Numbered from the stretch's first letter, positions 10,336-18,829 are shown. The stretch is DNA of 64,000 bases from Desulfosudaceae bacterium (GCA_963674745.2 CAXXDV010000001.1:1728001-1792000), one strand, 5' to 3'. A program made the numbers and translations. The notes: a model not told the origin generated them from the sequence alone.

Positions 10336-10390
10336 CGAACAAGGATAGATCGTGCGAGGTAACGAGCCACGATCTTATCCGGGGTTGAAC
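10330..10390 (+). repeat. attC site 3 (short 61 bp type)
   Basis: ACATAAC...GGATAGATCGTG/CACGATCTTATCC stem with one unpaired base...GTTGAAC. Confidence 0.75.
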
Positions 10391-10584
10391 AAGCCCGCTG
10401 AACTTTCACTATAAGAAAATATTTAATTTGGGATAGAGGGCAAAAGGCGTGAACCTGGAAAGTGCTTTTTTTGCAGGGCGCAGGGATCCCTTAACCTGAA
10501 GGCAGGTTTTAAAAAGACAATTTTGTTCATGGGTGTGATTGCCTCCTGTTTTTTGTTGTGCCGGGTCATAACCGGGGCAGCGTT

Positions 10585-11640
10585 TTATCCCGGCTTCCAG
10601 GCCGCGTAACGGAACCCTTTGATGACCATCGGGATGTGGCAACGGGGGCACTTTACAGCAGGTCTCGGGCGTTGGATCTTTATTCCTAGCCGGACATGCA
10701 GGATCAATTGCACCAGTTGCAACGTCTTTTTGGCGTTGCCGTGGAGGAACCCGTAATCACGTACCCTGCGGAAGCCCTTGGGCAGGACATGCTGCAGAAT
10801 AAGCTGGAGAAAATTTTCTCCGTCAAGCGTGCGATAACGGGTATGGCCGGTGTTGCTTTCCGTGTATCGGAAGGTGACCCGGCCATTTTCATTGGCCACG
10901 ATGTTCTTTTCACTGATGACGCCCCGGTATAAGTACCGGGACAGGTACTTTATGGCCGGGAGCCCGTTACCGACCTTTTCACAATCCACGACCCATTTTG
11001 CAGGTGTATTTTTAGGCACATAAAGGCCGGCTTTTCTTAAAGCGGCCAGAAAACGGGCACGAAAGACCGTGGCCAGGTTAAACTCATTAAACAGATATTT
11101 TCCTTTTTTCTTTTTCCATTGTCGCCGGCGCTTATCAATCCCGCCGCCGGGCACCACCACATGGATATGAGGATGATAATCCAGACTTCGGGTGTTCGTA
11201 TGCAGAACCATGGTCAAACCGATTTCTGCGCCCATTTGCTTCGGGTTTAAGCCAAAATCCTTGAGTGTTTCGGACACACAGGAAAAGAAGATTGAATATA
11301 CATCCCGCTGATTGTTCCAGGCCAGCGGACGGAGTTCAAACGGCAGCGTAAACGTCGCCATAAAGTAAAGCACCGGAAGCAGTTTCTCCTGCTGCCGGTC
11401 GATCCACTGACTGGCCTCATGATTCTGGCATTTGGGGCAGCTCCGGTGCCCGCAGGACATTGGTTTCCATTGTCCATGTTGGCAGCCGGGGCACTGAACG
11501 TAAAATTCTCCGGAGGCAGGAGTGCGGCACCTGCGTATGGCACGCAAGGCTTTAAGATGCCCCGGCAAGGCTTTTTGGCCGTGCTTTTCCATAAACCTGT
11601 CAGCGTACTGATCAATAATTGATGCCAGTTCCATAATCAT
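10585..11640 (-). CDS. IS91-family rolling-circle (HUH, Y2) transposase with N-terminal zinc-binding domain
   Basis: CRT...CPGC...[11 protein letters not shown] zinc motif; HPHIH (HUH); YLSRYLYR (YxxxY); [18 protein letters not shown]. Confidence 0.92.
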   Translation of the reverse strand: MIMELASIIDQYADRFMEKHGQKALPGHLKALRAIRRCRTPASGEFYVQCPGCQHGQWKPMSCGHRSCPKCQNHEASQWIDRQQEKLLPVLYFMATFTLPFELRPLAWNNQRDVYSIFFSCVSETLKDFGLNPKQMGAEIGLTMVLHTNTRSLDYHPHIHVVVPGGGIDKRRRQWKKKKGKYLFNEFNLATVFRARFLAALRKAGLYVPKNTPAKWVVDCEKVGNGLPAIKYLSRYLYRGVISEKNIVANENGRVTFRYTESNTGHTRYRTLDGENFLQLILQHVLPKGFRRVRDYGFLHGNAKKTLQLVQLILHVRLGIKIQRPRPAVKCPRCHIPMVIKGFRYAAWKPG

Positions 11641-12541
11641 ACCTTTCTAAAATCAACATGGATTGTATTTATCAACTCATTTAAGACAGTCAGGCTGTCC
11701 TGCTCCGTTATATCGCTTAGATGCGTATAACGTGCTGTTGTGGAGGGACTGGCATGGCCAAGCAGGGCCTGGATGTGACGGAGGCTTAAGCCGCGTTCAA
11801 GCAGGTGGGTGGCAAAACTGTGACGCAGGGAGTGAATGGATACTTTTTTTTAATGCCGCATTCGGCGACGACCACTTTCATGGCTCTCTGACAGCCGCCT
11901 TTATCCATAAAGTTGGTGGCCGCCCGGATGGTTTCTAAAGAACCCTTGCAATTGGGGAATAACAAATTAGGATGACGATGCTTACGCCAAAGCTCCCGCA
12001 GGCCCTCCAACGTAAGATCCGGCAATGGCAGCATTCGGTCCTTATGACCTTTACCCCGGCGGATATGGACCTTTTTGCGTTCAGCATCAATGTCCCCGAT
12101 CTGAAGGGACAACGTCTCTTCCAGACGCAATCCCATGGAATAGGTTGTCAGCAGAAATACCCGGTAACGCAATTTCTTGGTTTTGCCGATGATCCGTTCA
12201 ACTTCGGAAACGGTAAGAATGTCCGGTATGGTTTTGACTTTCGGCGGTTTGACGATCTTGATCCATTCCCAGTCCTTTCCGAGCACATACCGCCAGAAGA
12301 ACTGCAAGCCGTTACGGTCAACCCTGACCGTGCTCCAGGAATGGCTATCCACCAGCTGAGAGAAATAACCTTCCAACTGTTCCGGACGCAAATGGTCGGG
12401 ACAACAATCAAAATGGTTACGAATGCGGCGGACTGAACGGGCATAGAGATCAATGGTCCTCGGACTCATCCCCTGAAGCTTGAGCAACTCCAGGTGCCGC
12501 TCATAAAGCCGGTTGAAACGTTTTACTTCCGAATCGTTCAT
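11637..12541 (-). CDS. tyrosine recombinase/integrase, split by a -1 frameshift at an A8 run
   Basis: 0-frame: SAM-like N-terminus, [18 protein letters not shown]. After ATT AAA AAA AAG (T-run 11844-11851) the -1 frame reads [43 protein letters not shown]...DFRKV*, and its TGA overlaps the transposase ATG (ATGA). Confidence 0.88.
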
Positions 12542-12628
12542 GGTATACTCCTTTTATTGGGGGTGCCCGTAATTGAGCACGTATTGGAGTATACCTTGTT
12601 TTTTATTAATCCGCCGCGTAGCGGCTTC

Positions 12629-12752
12629 GTTCAACAACGCCACTCACACTGACTCGCAGGGGCGGGCTGCTTTTTAATTATCGAAGTTCGGGGTTAACGT
12701 GGCTTTGCAAAAGTTACCATTCCCTGCTCGCCGGTGGTGGCGGACGTTATGT
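12629..12752 (+). repeat. attC site 4
   Basis: GTTCAAC-AACGCCACTCAC...GCAGGG...CCCTGC...GTGGTGGCGGAC-GTTATGT. Confidence 0.9.
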
Positions 12753-12776
12753 TTCGAAAAATATTAGGAGGTCCAC

Positions 12777-13061
12777 ATGGGATCAGATGATATTCAAGAA
12801 CAGCGTATTAATGGAGCAAAAGGAATTATTTCAAGTGCCAATATCTTAGCAATTGACGCTGGAATTGAGATTAATGACTCCATTTGGAATAAACGTCAGG
12901 GGATTGACAATCGAGAGTTACATACACTCGAACTTGTTAGAGATGGAAAAACAGTAAGTGGTGAATTCGACGTGGAGGAATTGGAAGACTATCCGGGTAA
13001 AGTTGGAACCGAAAAGACAGATTCCAAATTACGAACAATGATCCGTGAATTAAGCAAGTAA
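12777..13061 (+). CDS. cassette hypothetical protein
   Basis: 94 aa with strong AGGAGG RBS. Confidence 0.75.
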   Translation: MGSDDIQEQRINGAKGIISSANILAIDAGIEINDSIWNKRQGIDNRELHTLELVRDGKTVSGEFDVEELEDYPGKVGTEKTDSKLRTMIRELSK

Positions 13062-13125
13062 AACGATAGAACAACAATACACCGCAACTTTTTATGTTTG
13101 ATAAATAATTGAAATAAGAGAGAAA

Positions 13126-13249
13126 ACATAACAACGCCACTCACACGGACTCGCAGGGGCGAGCTGCTTTTGTTTTGGCGTAATTTGGAGTTGAACTCAC
13201 TTTAGCGAAGTCCGCAAACCCTGCTCGCCGGTGGTGGCAGACGTTCGGA
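13126..13249 (+). repeat. attC site 5
   Basis: ACATAAC-AACGCCACTCAC...TTTAGCGAAGTCCGCAAACCCTGCTCGCCGGTGGTGGCAGAC-GTTCGGA; close relative of attC1. Confidence 0.9.
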
Positions 13250-13254
13250 CCAAT

Positions 13255-13818
13255 ATGAATCTTACTCCAGCAGACGATCTTAAAAATTTACTTAGCGAGC
13301 CGCAATATTGGATAAATAAAGCTGAAGCCCTTCGTGCGTCTGCTGGTGCAATATGGTATTGTCAACATTCCGTTCAGCATACTGATATCAATCAGGCGCT
13401 TGGCACCGATCCTCCAATTCAAATTAGCGGAGATATTTGGCAAGTTTATAGAATGTTATGTGGCATGTCTTTAGAGCTTGCCTATAAGGCCAGCCTTATC
13501 GCATTAGGCAAAGATATAAAAACAACACACAATCTAGTTTGGCTTGCTGAACAAGTTTGCTTTTCTTTAACCCAAAAAGAACACGGGTTACTCGCATTAC
13601 TATCAGAGTGTGTTATTTGGCAAGGCCGATATCCTGCTCCCAAAGATGATTTATCATTGGAATATTTTGTATATCTCCATTATGAAAATTTGTTTCGTAA
13701 GGTCACCACTGGTAATCTTACAGTCCTAAAGCCCTTAGAACCAGACCCTTTAGATTGGGAAGGTTATAATGAGCTATGGAAATCAGCAATTGCAGCATAT
13801 GAATGGCATAAATCCTAA
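13255..13818 (+). CDS. cassette-encoded HEPN-like domain protein
   Basis: Start at ATG 13255 (the tracked GTG lies inside the attC); LCGMSLELAYKA...THNLVWLA...GRYP pattern resembles HEPN. Confidence 0.6.
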   Translation: MNLTPADDLKNLLSEPQYWINKAEALRASAGAIWYCQHSVQHTDINQALGTDPPIQISGDIWQVYRMLCGMSLELAYKASLIALGKDIKTTHNLVWLAEQVCFSLTQKEHGLLALLSECVIWQGRYPAPKDDLSLEYFVYLHYENLFRKVTTGNLTVLKPLEPDPLDWEGYNELWKSAIAAYEWHKS

Positions 13819-13936
13819 CCAGAAAGCGCAAAGGACAGCCAGGGCAGGCTTTGTTGTTCAACCCTGGTAATTTGAAAGTTTAAACTATAATCAAGTCAGG
13901 TGTGGCCCTGGCTGTACTTGGCTTCAGAAGTTCTAC
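13813..13936 (+). repeat. attC site 6 (divergent)
   Basis: TCCTAAC...ACAGCCAGGGC/GCCCTGGCTGT perfect IR...GTTCTAC; 124 bp like the other long sites. Confidence 0.7.
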
Positions 13937-14063
13937 AATAAAAAAAAGGGGGGGGGTGTGATGCCCCACCGAAAGTTCTGGTTGCCGAGAAAACATAGTA
14001 GTCATAATGTATAGAAGAATAATCCATCCAGATAGAACGATAAAAATTCAAGAGCATTTCAAA

Positions 14064-14858
14064 ATGCCTACTGTCTACCTCGACCATTGGGCGTTAAACG
14101 ATATTGCCCTTAATGAAGAGTTGCGAAAAAAGTTTATTCAAGTCATGAATGAAAACGGTGGGACTTTTCGCCTTTCCGTCGTTAATATGACCGAATTGTC
14201 GAAACAAGCTGACAGATCTCAAATTGATTCAATTCTTGATATGATCAATAGCATTTTTGACTGTGGCCTCATAAATATAGATCCTAGTGAAGTAATAAAG
14301 AAAGAAAACATCTTAATAGATGATCTTGATTCAATTGCCCATGTCATGAACCCTTCTGCAGAGTTAGATTTTGTTTCAACATATCTCATGGCCCATAACT
14401 ATCCAACACATTGGCATGTTTCGGAGATAATCAAAACGGTTATCGGGGAACTACCATCAAAACGCCTTACTAAAAGCAATGAAAAATTTTTGGAAGACAT
14501 GCAGAATCTTCTTAAAATTGGCCGAAATGATTTAAGTAGTTTGAATAGGGCAAAGTCTAGGTTTCATAGACTAAAAAAAAGTGGCCCTAAGTATCAAACA
14601 GCAACAAGAGAACTCTTACAAATGGCAGTTGGTTTTGTGATGCGAAACCAGAATATGAAAATGACTCAGTACAGTGAGTGGGACGATCTTTTTCATCTAA
14701 TCGTTCCGGTATCATATTGTGATATTGTTCTGCTAGATAGACGGTGGAAAACATTTATAAATCAAACTGGGTTTTCGTTTCCTGATATTGCGATGGTATT
14801 CGATAAACGAACAATCGCTGATTGCTTTAAAACCATTTCAGAATGGAACCTAAGCTAA
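14064..14858 (+). CDS. hypothetical protein, possible PIN-like nuclease fold
   Basis: N-terminal VYLD, middle E, C-terminal DDLFH...YCDIVLLD acidic pattern; start may instead be 14007. Confidence 0.5.
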   Translation: MPTVYLDHWALNDIALNEELRKKFIQVMNENGGTFRLSVVNMTELSKQADRSQIDSILDMINSIFDCGLINIDPSEVIKKENILIDDLDSIAHVMNPSAELDFVSTYLMAHNYPTHWHVSEIIKTVIGELPSKRLTKSNEKFLEDMQNLLKIGRNDLSSLNRAKSRFHRLKKSGPKYQTATRELLQMAVGFVMRNQNMKMTQYSEWDDLFHLIVPVSYCDIVLLDRRWKTFINQTGFSFPDIAMVFDKRTIADCFKTISEWNLS

Positions 14859-14933
14859 TTATAGTTTTGTTCTGGGGTTAACTGGCGCTGGTCAAGCCAC
14901 GTATTCAGGTTAGAGGATTGAGAGGAAACAACA

Positions 14934-14969
14934 AAACTCAATATATTATTGTACATATCTATTGGGTTC
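14934..14969. repeat. 14-8-14 palindromic site, right (degenerate) copy
   Basis: AAACTCAATATATT-ATTGTACA-TATCTATTGGGTTC; homologous to 8651-8686 including the trailing TTCGA. Confidence 0.6.
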
Positions 14970-15221
14970 GATCTTCAGAAAGGGAAAGTCAGCCTTGAAA
15001 ACTTTTCGTCAAACGATATCAGCGCAGTCTTGCACCTGCCGCTAAAATCCGCTTAAATCATCATAATAACTAGCAATATCAATTACTAAAGCCCTTTTGG
15101 CTGTTTTCACACACATTTCATATTAAGTTCATAATTATTCCAAAAACATCAATTATGCTTTGGTTAAAGATGAGACGAATAAAGGGTGAGGAACCGAAAA
15201 ATTAAAAAAGTGGAGGTAATT

Positions 15222-16556
15222 ATGAATGAGAACAACATGTTAAGTGATTCGCCGGGAGAAACAAACAATTCTGTTGGTTTTAAGATGGTAATAATTTTTG
15301 TTTTGATTCTTGCCCTGTTAATTCCCTCTGCAATGGTTAAATCACTGATACGGGAAAGGGAAAGCAGAAAGCATGATGTGATTAACGAAATCAGTTCAAA
15401 ATGGGGGGAGGCTCAGACCATAACAGGTCCGGTCATATCAATACCGTACAAACATCATGTAATTGATAAAAATGGAAAAAGAACTGAAACAACAAAGTAT
15501 ATGCACTTTCTGCCGGACAGATTAGACGTGAAAAGTGAGATATTACCGGAAATCCGCTACAGGGGAATCTACGAAACAGTATTGTATAATACAAAAACAT
15601 TATTAAACGGTAGTTTTTCATATCCTGAAGTTAGCGAAATGAATGTTCCAATCGAGGACATCGTGTGGACAGGCGCGTTTATATCTGTCGGGATATCAGA
15701 TATGCGTGGTATTAAAGATCAGATTACCGCGAGCTTTAACAAAGATGTCATCACAATGAATCCCGGAATTGAAACAAATGATGTCATCTGTTCAGGCATC
15801 AGCTCAAAGATCCGTCTTCATGATCAGACAAAAGAATATAAGTTCAGTATGGCAATAAACCTGAACGGAAGCCATATTTTAAACTTCGTTCCTGTCGGCG
15901 AAACAACATTTGTGTCTATGAATTCAACCTGGCCGGATCCAAGTTTTGGTGGCGCCTATGTCCCAAATACTTATGATGTCAGCAAGGATGGGTTTAAAGC
16001 CGAATGGAAGGTCCTGCATCTGAACAGGAACTATCCTCAGCACTGGACCGGAGACAGATATAATCTGAACGCTTCATCTTTCGGCGTTAAACTATTCATG
16101 CCCGTGGATACTTACCAGAAAACGGACCGGATCGCGAAATACGCTTTAATGTTCATTGTTTTCACCTTTTTGGCATTCTTTTTTTCTGAAGTTATGAACA
16201 AACTGAGGGTTCATCCGATACAATATCTGCTGGTCGGATGTGCTATCGTTATTTTTTATTCACTCCTTATATCCATATCAGAACACATTAACTTTAACCT
16301 CGCTTATCTGATTTCAAGCTTGGCAACAGTTATCCTTATTACAGGCTACGCAAAAAGTATCCTTAAAAGTAAACGTTTGTCCAATATGGTTGGCGCTGTC
16401 CTTACGTCCCTTTACATATATATGTATATTCTGCTCCAGCTTGAAGATTACGCTTTGTTAATGGGCAGCATGGGGCTTTTTGTTGTGCTCGGCATAATCA
16501 TGCACCTGACACGCAGGATCGACTGGTATTCAATTAAACTTGAAACCAGTAAATAA
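15222..16556 (+). CDS. creD: inner membrane protein CreD
   Basis: LLIP...LIRERESR...WG..QTITGP, RYRGIY, WPDPSFGG, GF.AEW, KYALMFI, HPIQYLLVG, LLISISEH, LEDYALLMGS, TRRIDWY; GGAGG RBS. Confidence 0.92.
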   Translation: MNENNMLSDSPGETNNSVGFKMVIIFVLILALLIPSAMVKSLIRERESRKHDVINEISSKWGEAQTITGPVISIPYKHHVIDKNGKRTETTKYMHFLPDRLDVKSEILPEIRYRGIYETVLYNTKTLLNGSFSYPEVSEMNVPIEDIVWTGAFISVGISDMRGIKDQITASFNKDVITMNPGIETNDVICSGISSKIRLHDQTKEYKFSMAINLNGSHILNFVPVGETTFVSMNSTWPDPSFGGAYVPNTYDVSKDGFKAEWKVLHLNRNYPQHWTGDRYNLNASSFGVKLFMPVDTYQKTDRIAKYALMFIVFTFLAFFFSEVMNKLRVHPIQYLLVGCAIVIFYSLLISISEHINFNLAYLISSLATVILITGYAKSILKSKRLSNMVGAVLTSLYIYMYILLQLEDYALLMGSMGLFVVLGIIMHLTRRIDWYSIKLETSK

Positions 16557-16704
16557 AATGAGGACAGAACCAAATGCTTGTCATGATGTATCTACGAACT
16601 GACGAACTGTGGTCGGACCAAGCGAACATACTGATTTAAACAATACAAGTCCAAACAATGCAAAATAAGGCTTAGAATGCTCTTTTGGTGGCGTTTAGGA
16701 AAAT

Positions 16705-17196
16705 ATGAAGAATTTTCTATTTATAATCGTATTCATCCTTCCCTTTATTGCATGGGCAGAAGATGTGTTGCCTACTGCGGATAAAGTCCTGGTTGATAAA
16801 TCTAGAAAAACAATGTGGCTTATTGCGGATGGAAATCGTTACCGAGAATACAAGATTTGTTTAGGTGACAATCCTGTTGGGCACAAACAAGAGCAAGGGG
16901 ATGAACGGACGCCAGAAGGCAATTATATAATAGATTACAGAAATCCTAAAAGCAGTTACCACCTATCCCTCCACATCAATTATCCTGATAAACAAGATAA
17001 AGAAAATGCCAAAAAGAAAGGGGTTGACCCAGGAGGGGATATCTTTATTCATGGTCTTCCCAATGGATTTGGAAAAATGGCATTCATTTTTAATGGCCGG
17101 GATTGGACTGATGGTTGTATCGCAGTGACAAACAAAGAAATCGAAGAAATATGGAAGCTGGTAAATAATAACACTCCGATTGAGATACTTCCATGA
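16705..17196 (+). CDS. L,D-transpeptidase family (YkuD) protein
   Basis: Signal peptide; GHKQEQGDERTPEG; IFIHG...DWTDGCIAV. Confidence 0.9.
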   Translation: MKNFLFIIVFILPFIAWAEDVLPTADKVLVDKSRKTMWLIADGNRYREYKICLGDNPVGHKQEQGDERTPEGNYIIDYRNPKSSYHLSLHINYPDKQDKENAKKKGVDPGGDIFIHGLPNGFGKMAFIFNGRDWTDGCIAVTNKEIEEIWKLVNNNTPIEILP

Positions 17197-17340
17197 TTCT
17201 ATTGGTCACGTTTGTAGGGGAACAAACTTTGACCTGGTGCTTTCGGTGCAACAAGAATAAAAAATTATTTCCGATGACTAAAAATCTTTTTTGTTGTTAA
17301 TGAAAAATGATATACCTTTAATGAAGAATAAACAGAAAAA

Positions 17341-17826
17341 ATGGAAAAGCAAACCATGAATGAATTCAATAAAAGCCAACGCCTTAAACCAGGGAATCAG
17401 AAACCGAAGAGTCAATCGCGAGGCAACGCCCGAAAAAAACAAACAACAGACATTCCCCCTTATTTAAAATTTCTTTTGGATGAGCTGGCCCCGGCCATCA
17501 AGAACTATTTGAATCAGGCGGCGGAAAGCAAGGCACGGGTTGCAGAAGCCAGGGAAAAAAGCGCTGAGGCTGTTGAAAAACTAGTGGAAAATCTGCCTGA
17601 GATTATTCAGCAGACGGCTCCCACCAGAAGCATACCGAGCAGAAGAAAAATTAGCCCTAAAAAACAAGAGGTGCTGGACCTGATAAACAAACTCCGTGAT
17701 GAAGAAGAGATGACCTACGAAGAGGTGGCGGCCTACCTTATAGAGAACAACATCCCCACTTTTTCCGGGAGAGGTCGCTGGCATCAACAGACCATTCACC
17801 GGTTGTATATGTATCCACCTGATTAG
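17341..17826 (+). CDS. coiled-coil protein with C-terminal recombinase-type DNA-binding motif (paralog 1)
   Basis: MTYEEVAAYLIENNIPTFSGRGRWHQQTIHRL; no catalytic serine-recombinase domain; start may be 17356. Confidence 0.7.
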   Translation: MEKQTMNEFNKSQRLKPGNQKPKSQSRGNARKKQTTDIPPYLKFLLDELAPAIKNYLNQAAESKARVAEAREKSAEAVEKLVENLPEIIQQTAPTRSIPSRRKISPKKQEVLDLINKLRDEEEMTYEEVAAYLIENNIPTFSGRGRWHQQTIHRLYMYPPD

Positions 17827-17887
17827 CAAACGCCTGATATTTTCTACATATGACTCAAGGAAATTGATTGTTGGAGCAAAAAGGCGG

Positions 17888-18652
17888 TTAATCGAAATGT
17901 TCTTTTCCCAGCTTCTTTTTAACTTTTGTCCGCAGGCTGATCATTACGTTCTTATATTCCAGGGCCAGCTTGTGTAAATCTTCGGACATGCCGCTTGAAA
18001 ATTTCTGGAACAGTTTGATTTTGATGTGGGCGTATTCCTGCAGGTCCTCTTGGCTCATGTGGCCGATGAAAAATTTCAGCATTTTTTCCCTGAGCGGCCG
18101 GGATGAATTAAACAGAAGCATCAGGACCATGTTGTCGGCCATATGGGCGATGAGTTCCTGGCTTTCAAGTTCATAGAAAGCGGCCATATCTTCGTCATCA
18201 ATGTGTTCCAGGGCCAGCTCGAGAAGGTCTTTCATTTTTTTCAGGTCACGGGGAGAGGCTTTTTTCGAGGCCAGAAGGATGGCCTGGGGGAAGAAAAATT
18301 CCCAGAATTCGGACAATTCATCAAAAACATATTGATTGAAAACAACATCGTCCCGATTAATTTCCCGGGGCGCAAGGGCCAACATCCGCAAAAAGTCCAG
18401 GCCGGCGTTTTCAAGATAGTCTTTGACGTATATGCCGTCGCCCTGGCGTATTTCCAGCAGCTGCATCCCCTCGAGCTGTTTTAAGGCAACACGCAGCGAC
18501 GTTCGGTCAACACCGGTTTCCCGGGTCAGCTCTTTTTCCGTGGGAAGCTTTTCGCCGGGTTTTAATTCCCCGGTAAAAATTCTGGACATCAGCTCGCCGG
18601 CGACCACTTCATGTCGCTGCGTGTTCTTCAGCGGTTTCGATTCTTTATTCAT
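17888..18652 (-). CDS. GntR/FadR family transcriptional regulator
   Basis: GELKPGEKLPTEKEL...GVDRTSLRVAL..LE...IRQGDGIYV; probable start MNKESK at 18652. Confidence 0.9.
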   Translation of the reverse strand: MNKESKPLKNTQRHEVVAGELMSRIFTGELKPGEKLPTEKELTRETGVDRTSLRVALKQLEGMQLLEIRQGDGIYVKDYLENAGLDFLRMLALAPREINRDDVVFNQYVFDELSEFWEFFFPQAILLASKKASPRDLKKMKDLLELALEHIDDEDMAAFYELESQELIAHMADNMVLMLLFNSSRPLREKMLKFFIGHMSQEDLQEYAHIKIKLFQKFSSGMSEDLHKLALEYKNVMISLRTKVKKKLGKEHFD

Positions 18653-18735
18653 GATGTCAGGGTTCCCGGTTAAACCGTTCTTAAAGTTTTTTGCTTGACT
18701 AAATACATATGACGCCATAAAAATGAAATCAATAA

Positions 18736-18768
18736 ATTTGTTTAATCAATTTTATCGATTTGTTTAAT
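18736..18768. promoter_or_regulatory. direct repeat ATTTGTTTAAT x2, candidate GntR operator
   Basis: Copies at 18736-18746 and 18758-18768 (22 bp period) in the divergent gntR/molybdoenzyme intergenic region. Confidence 0.4.
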
Positions 18769-18829
18769 ACATTAAAAAATCAGATTTTACAATTTTTATT
18801 TTTCAGGATCAACCAATTAAGGAGGGGAC

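Larger units (their letters stand above)
10384..12635 (-). mobile_element. tyrosine recombinase + IS91-family transposase element occupying a cassette position
   Basis: Ends GTTGAACAAGCCCGC and GCGGCTTCGTTCAAC form an imperfect IR and match the GTTRRRY/RYYYAAC consensus; two coupled genes antisense to the array; more GC-rich than neighbouring cassettes. Confidence 0.85.
9073..14858 (+). mobile_element. integron-type gene cassette array without canonical intI in the window (CALIN-like)
   Basis: Single ORFs separated by related attC sites. Unit ends are complementary: GTTAGGTGA/TCACCTAAC, GTTAGGTTCC/GGAACCTAAC, GTTATGTGT/ACACATAAC, GTTGAAC/GTTCAAC, GTTATGTTT/AAACATAAC, GTTCGGA/TCCTAAC (one mismatch). 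Confidence 0.9.

Noticed and set aside
11637..12541. Calling the recombinase a canonical intI
   Set aside because: It lies inside the array between attC sites, is coupled to an IS91-type transposase, and by eye lacks the IntI-specific insertion; an HMM test is needed.
9398..13249. Recurring ~124 bp repeats as a CRISPR array
   Set aside because: The repeats are too long and are separated by whole ORFs; they carry RYYYAAC/GTT ends typical of attC, and no cas genes are present.
13231..13254. GTG start of the tracked 195 aa ORF
   Set aside because: It falls within attC5; ATG 13255 fits the cassette structure.
13940..13956. A-run followed by G-run upstream of the last array ORF as a regulatory switch
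   Set aside because: It is non-coding with no identifiable promoter elements around it, so a function cannot be supported.
16557..16704. Possible decayed attC between creD and the L,D-transpeptidase gene
   Set aside because: Only weak end-like words (CAGAAC...GCGTTTAGG) and no convincing inner stem.
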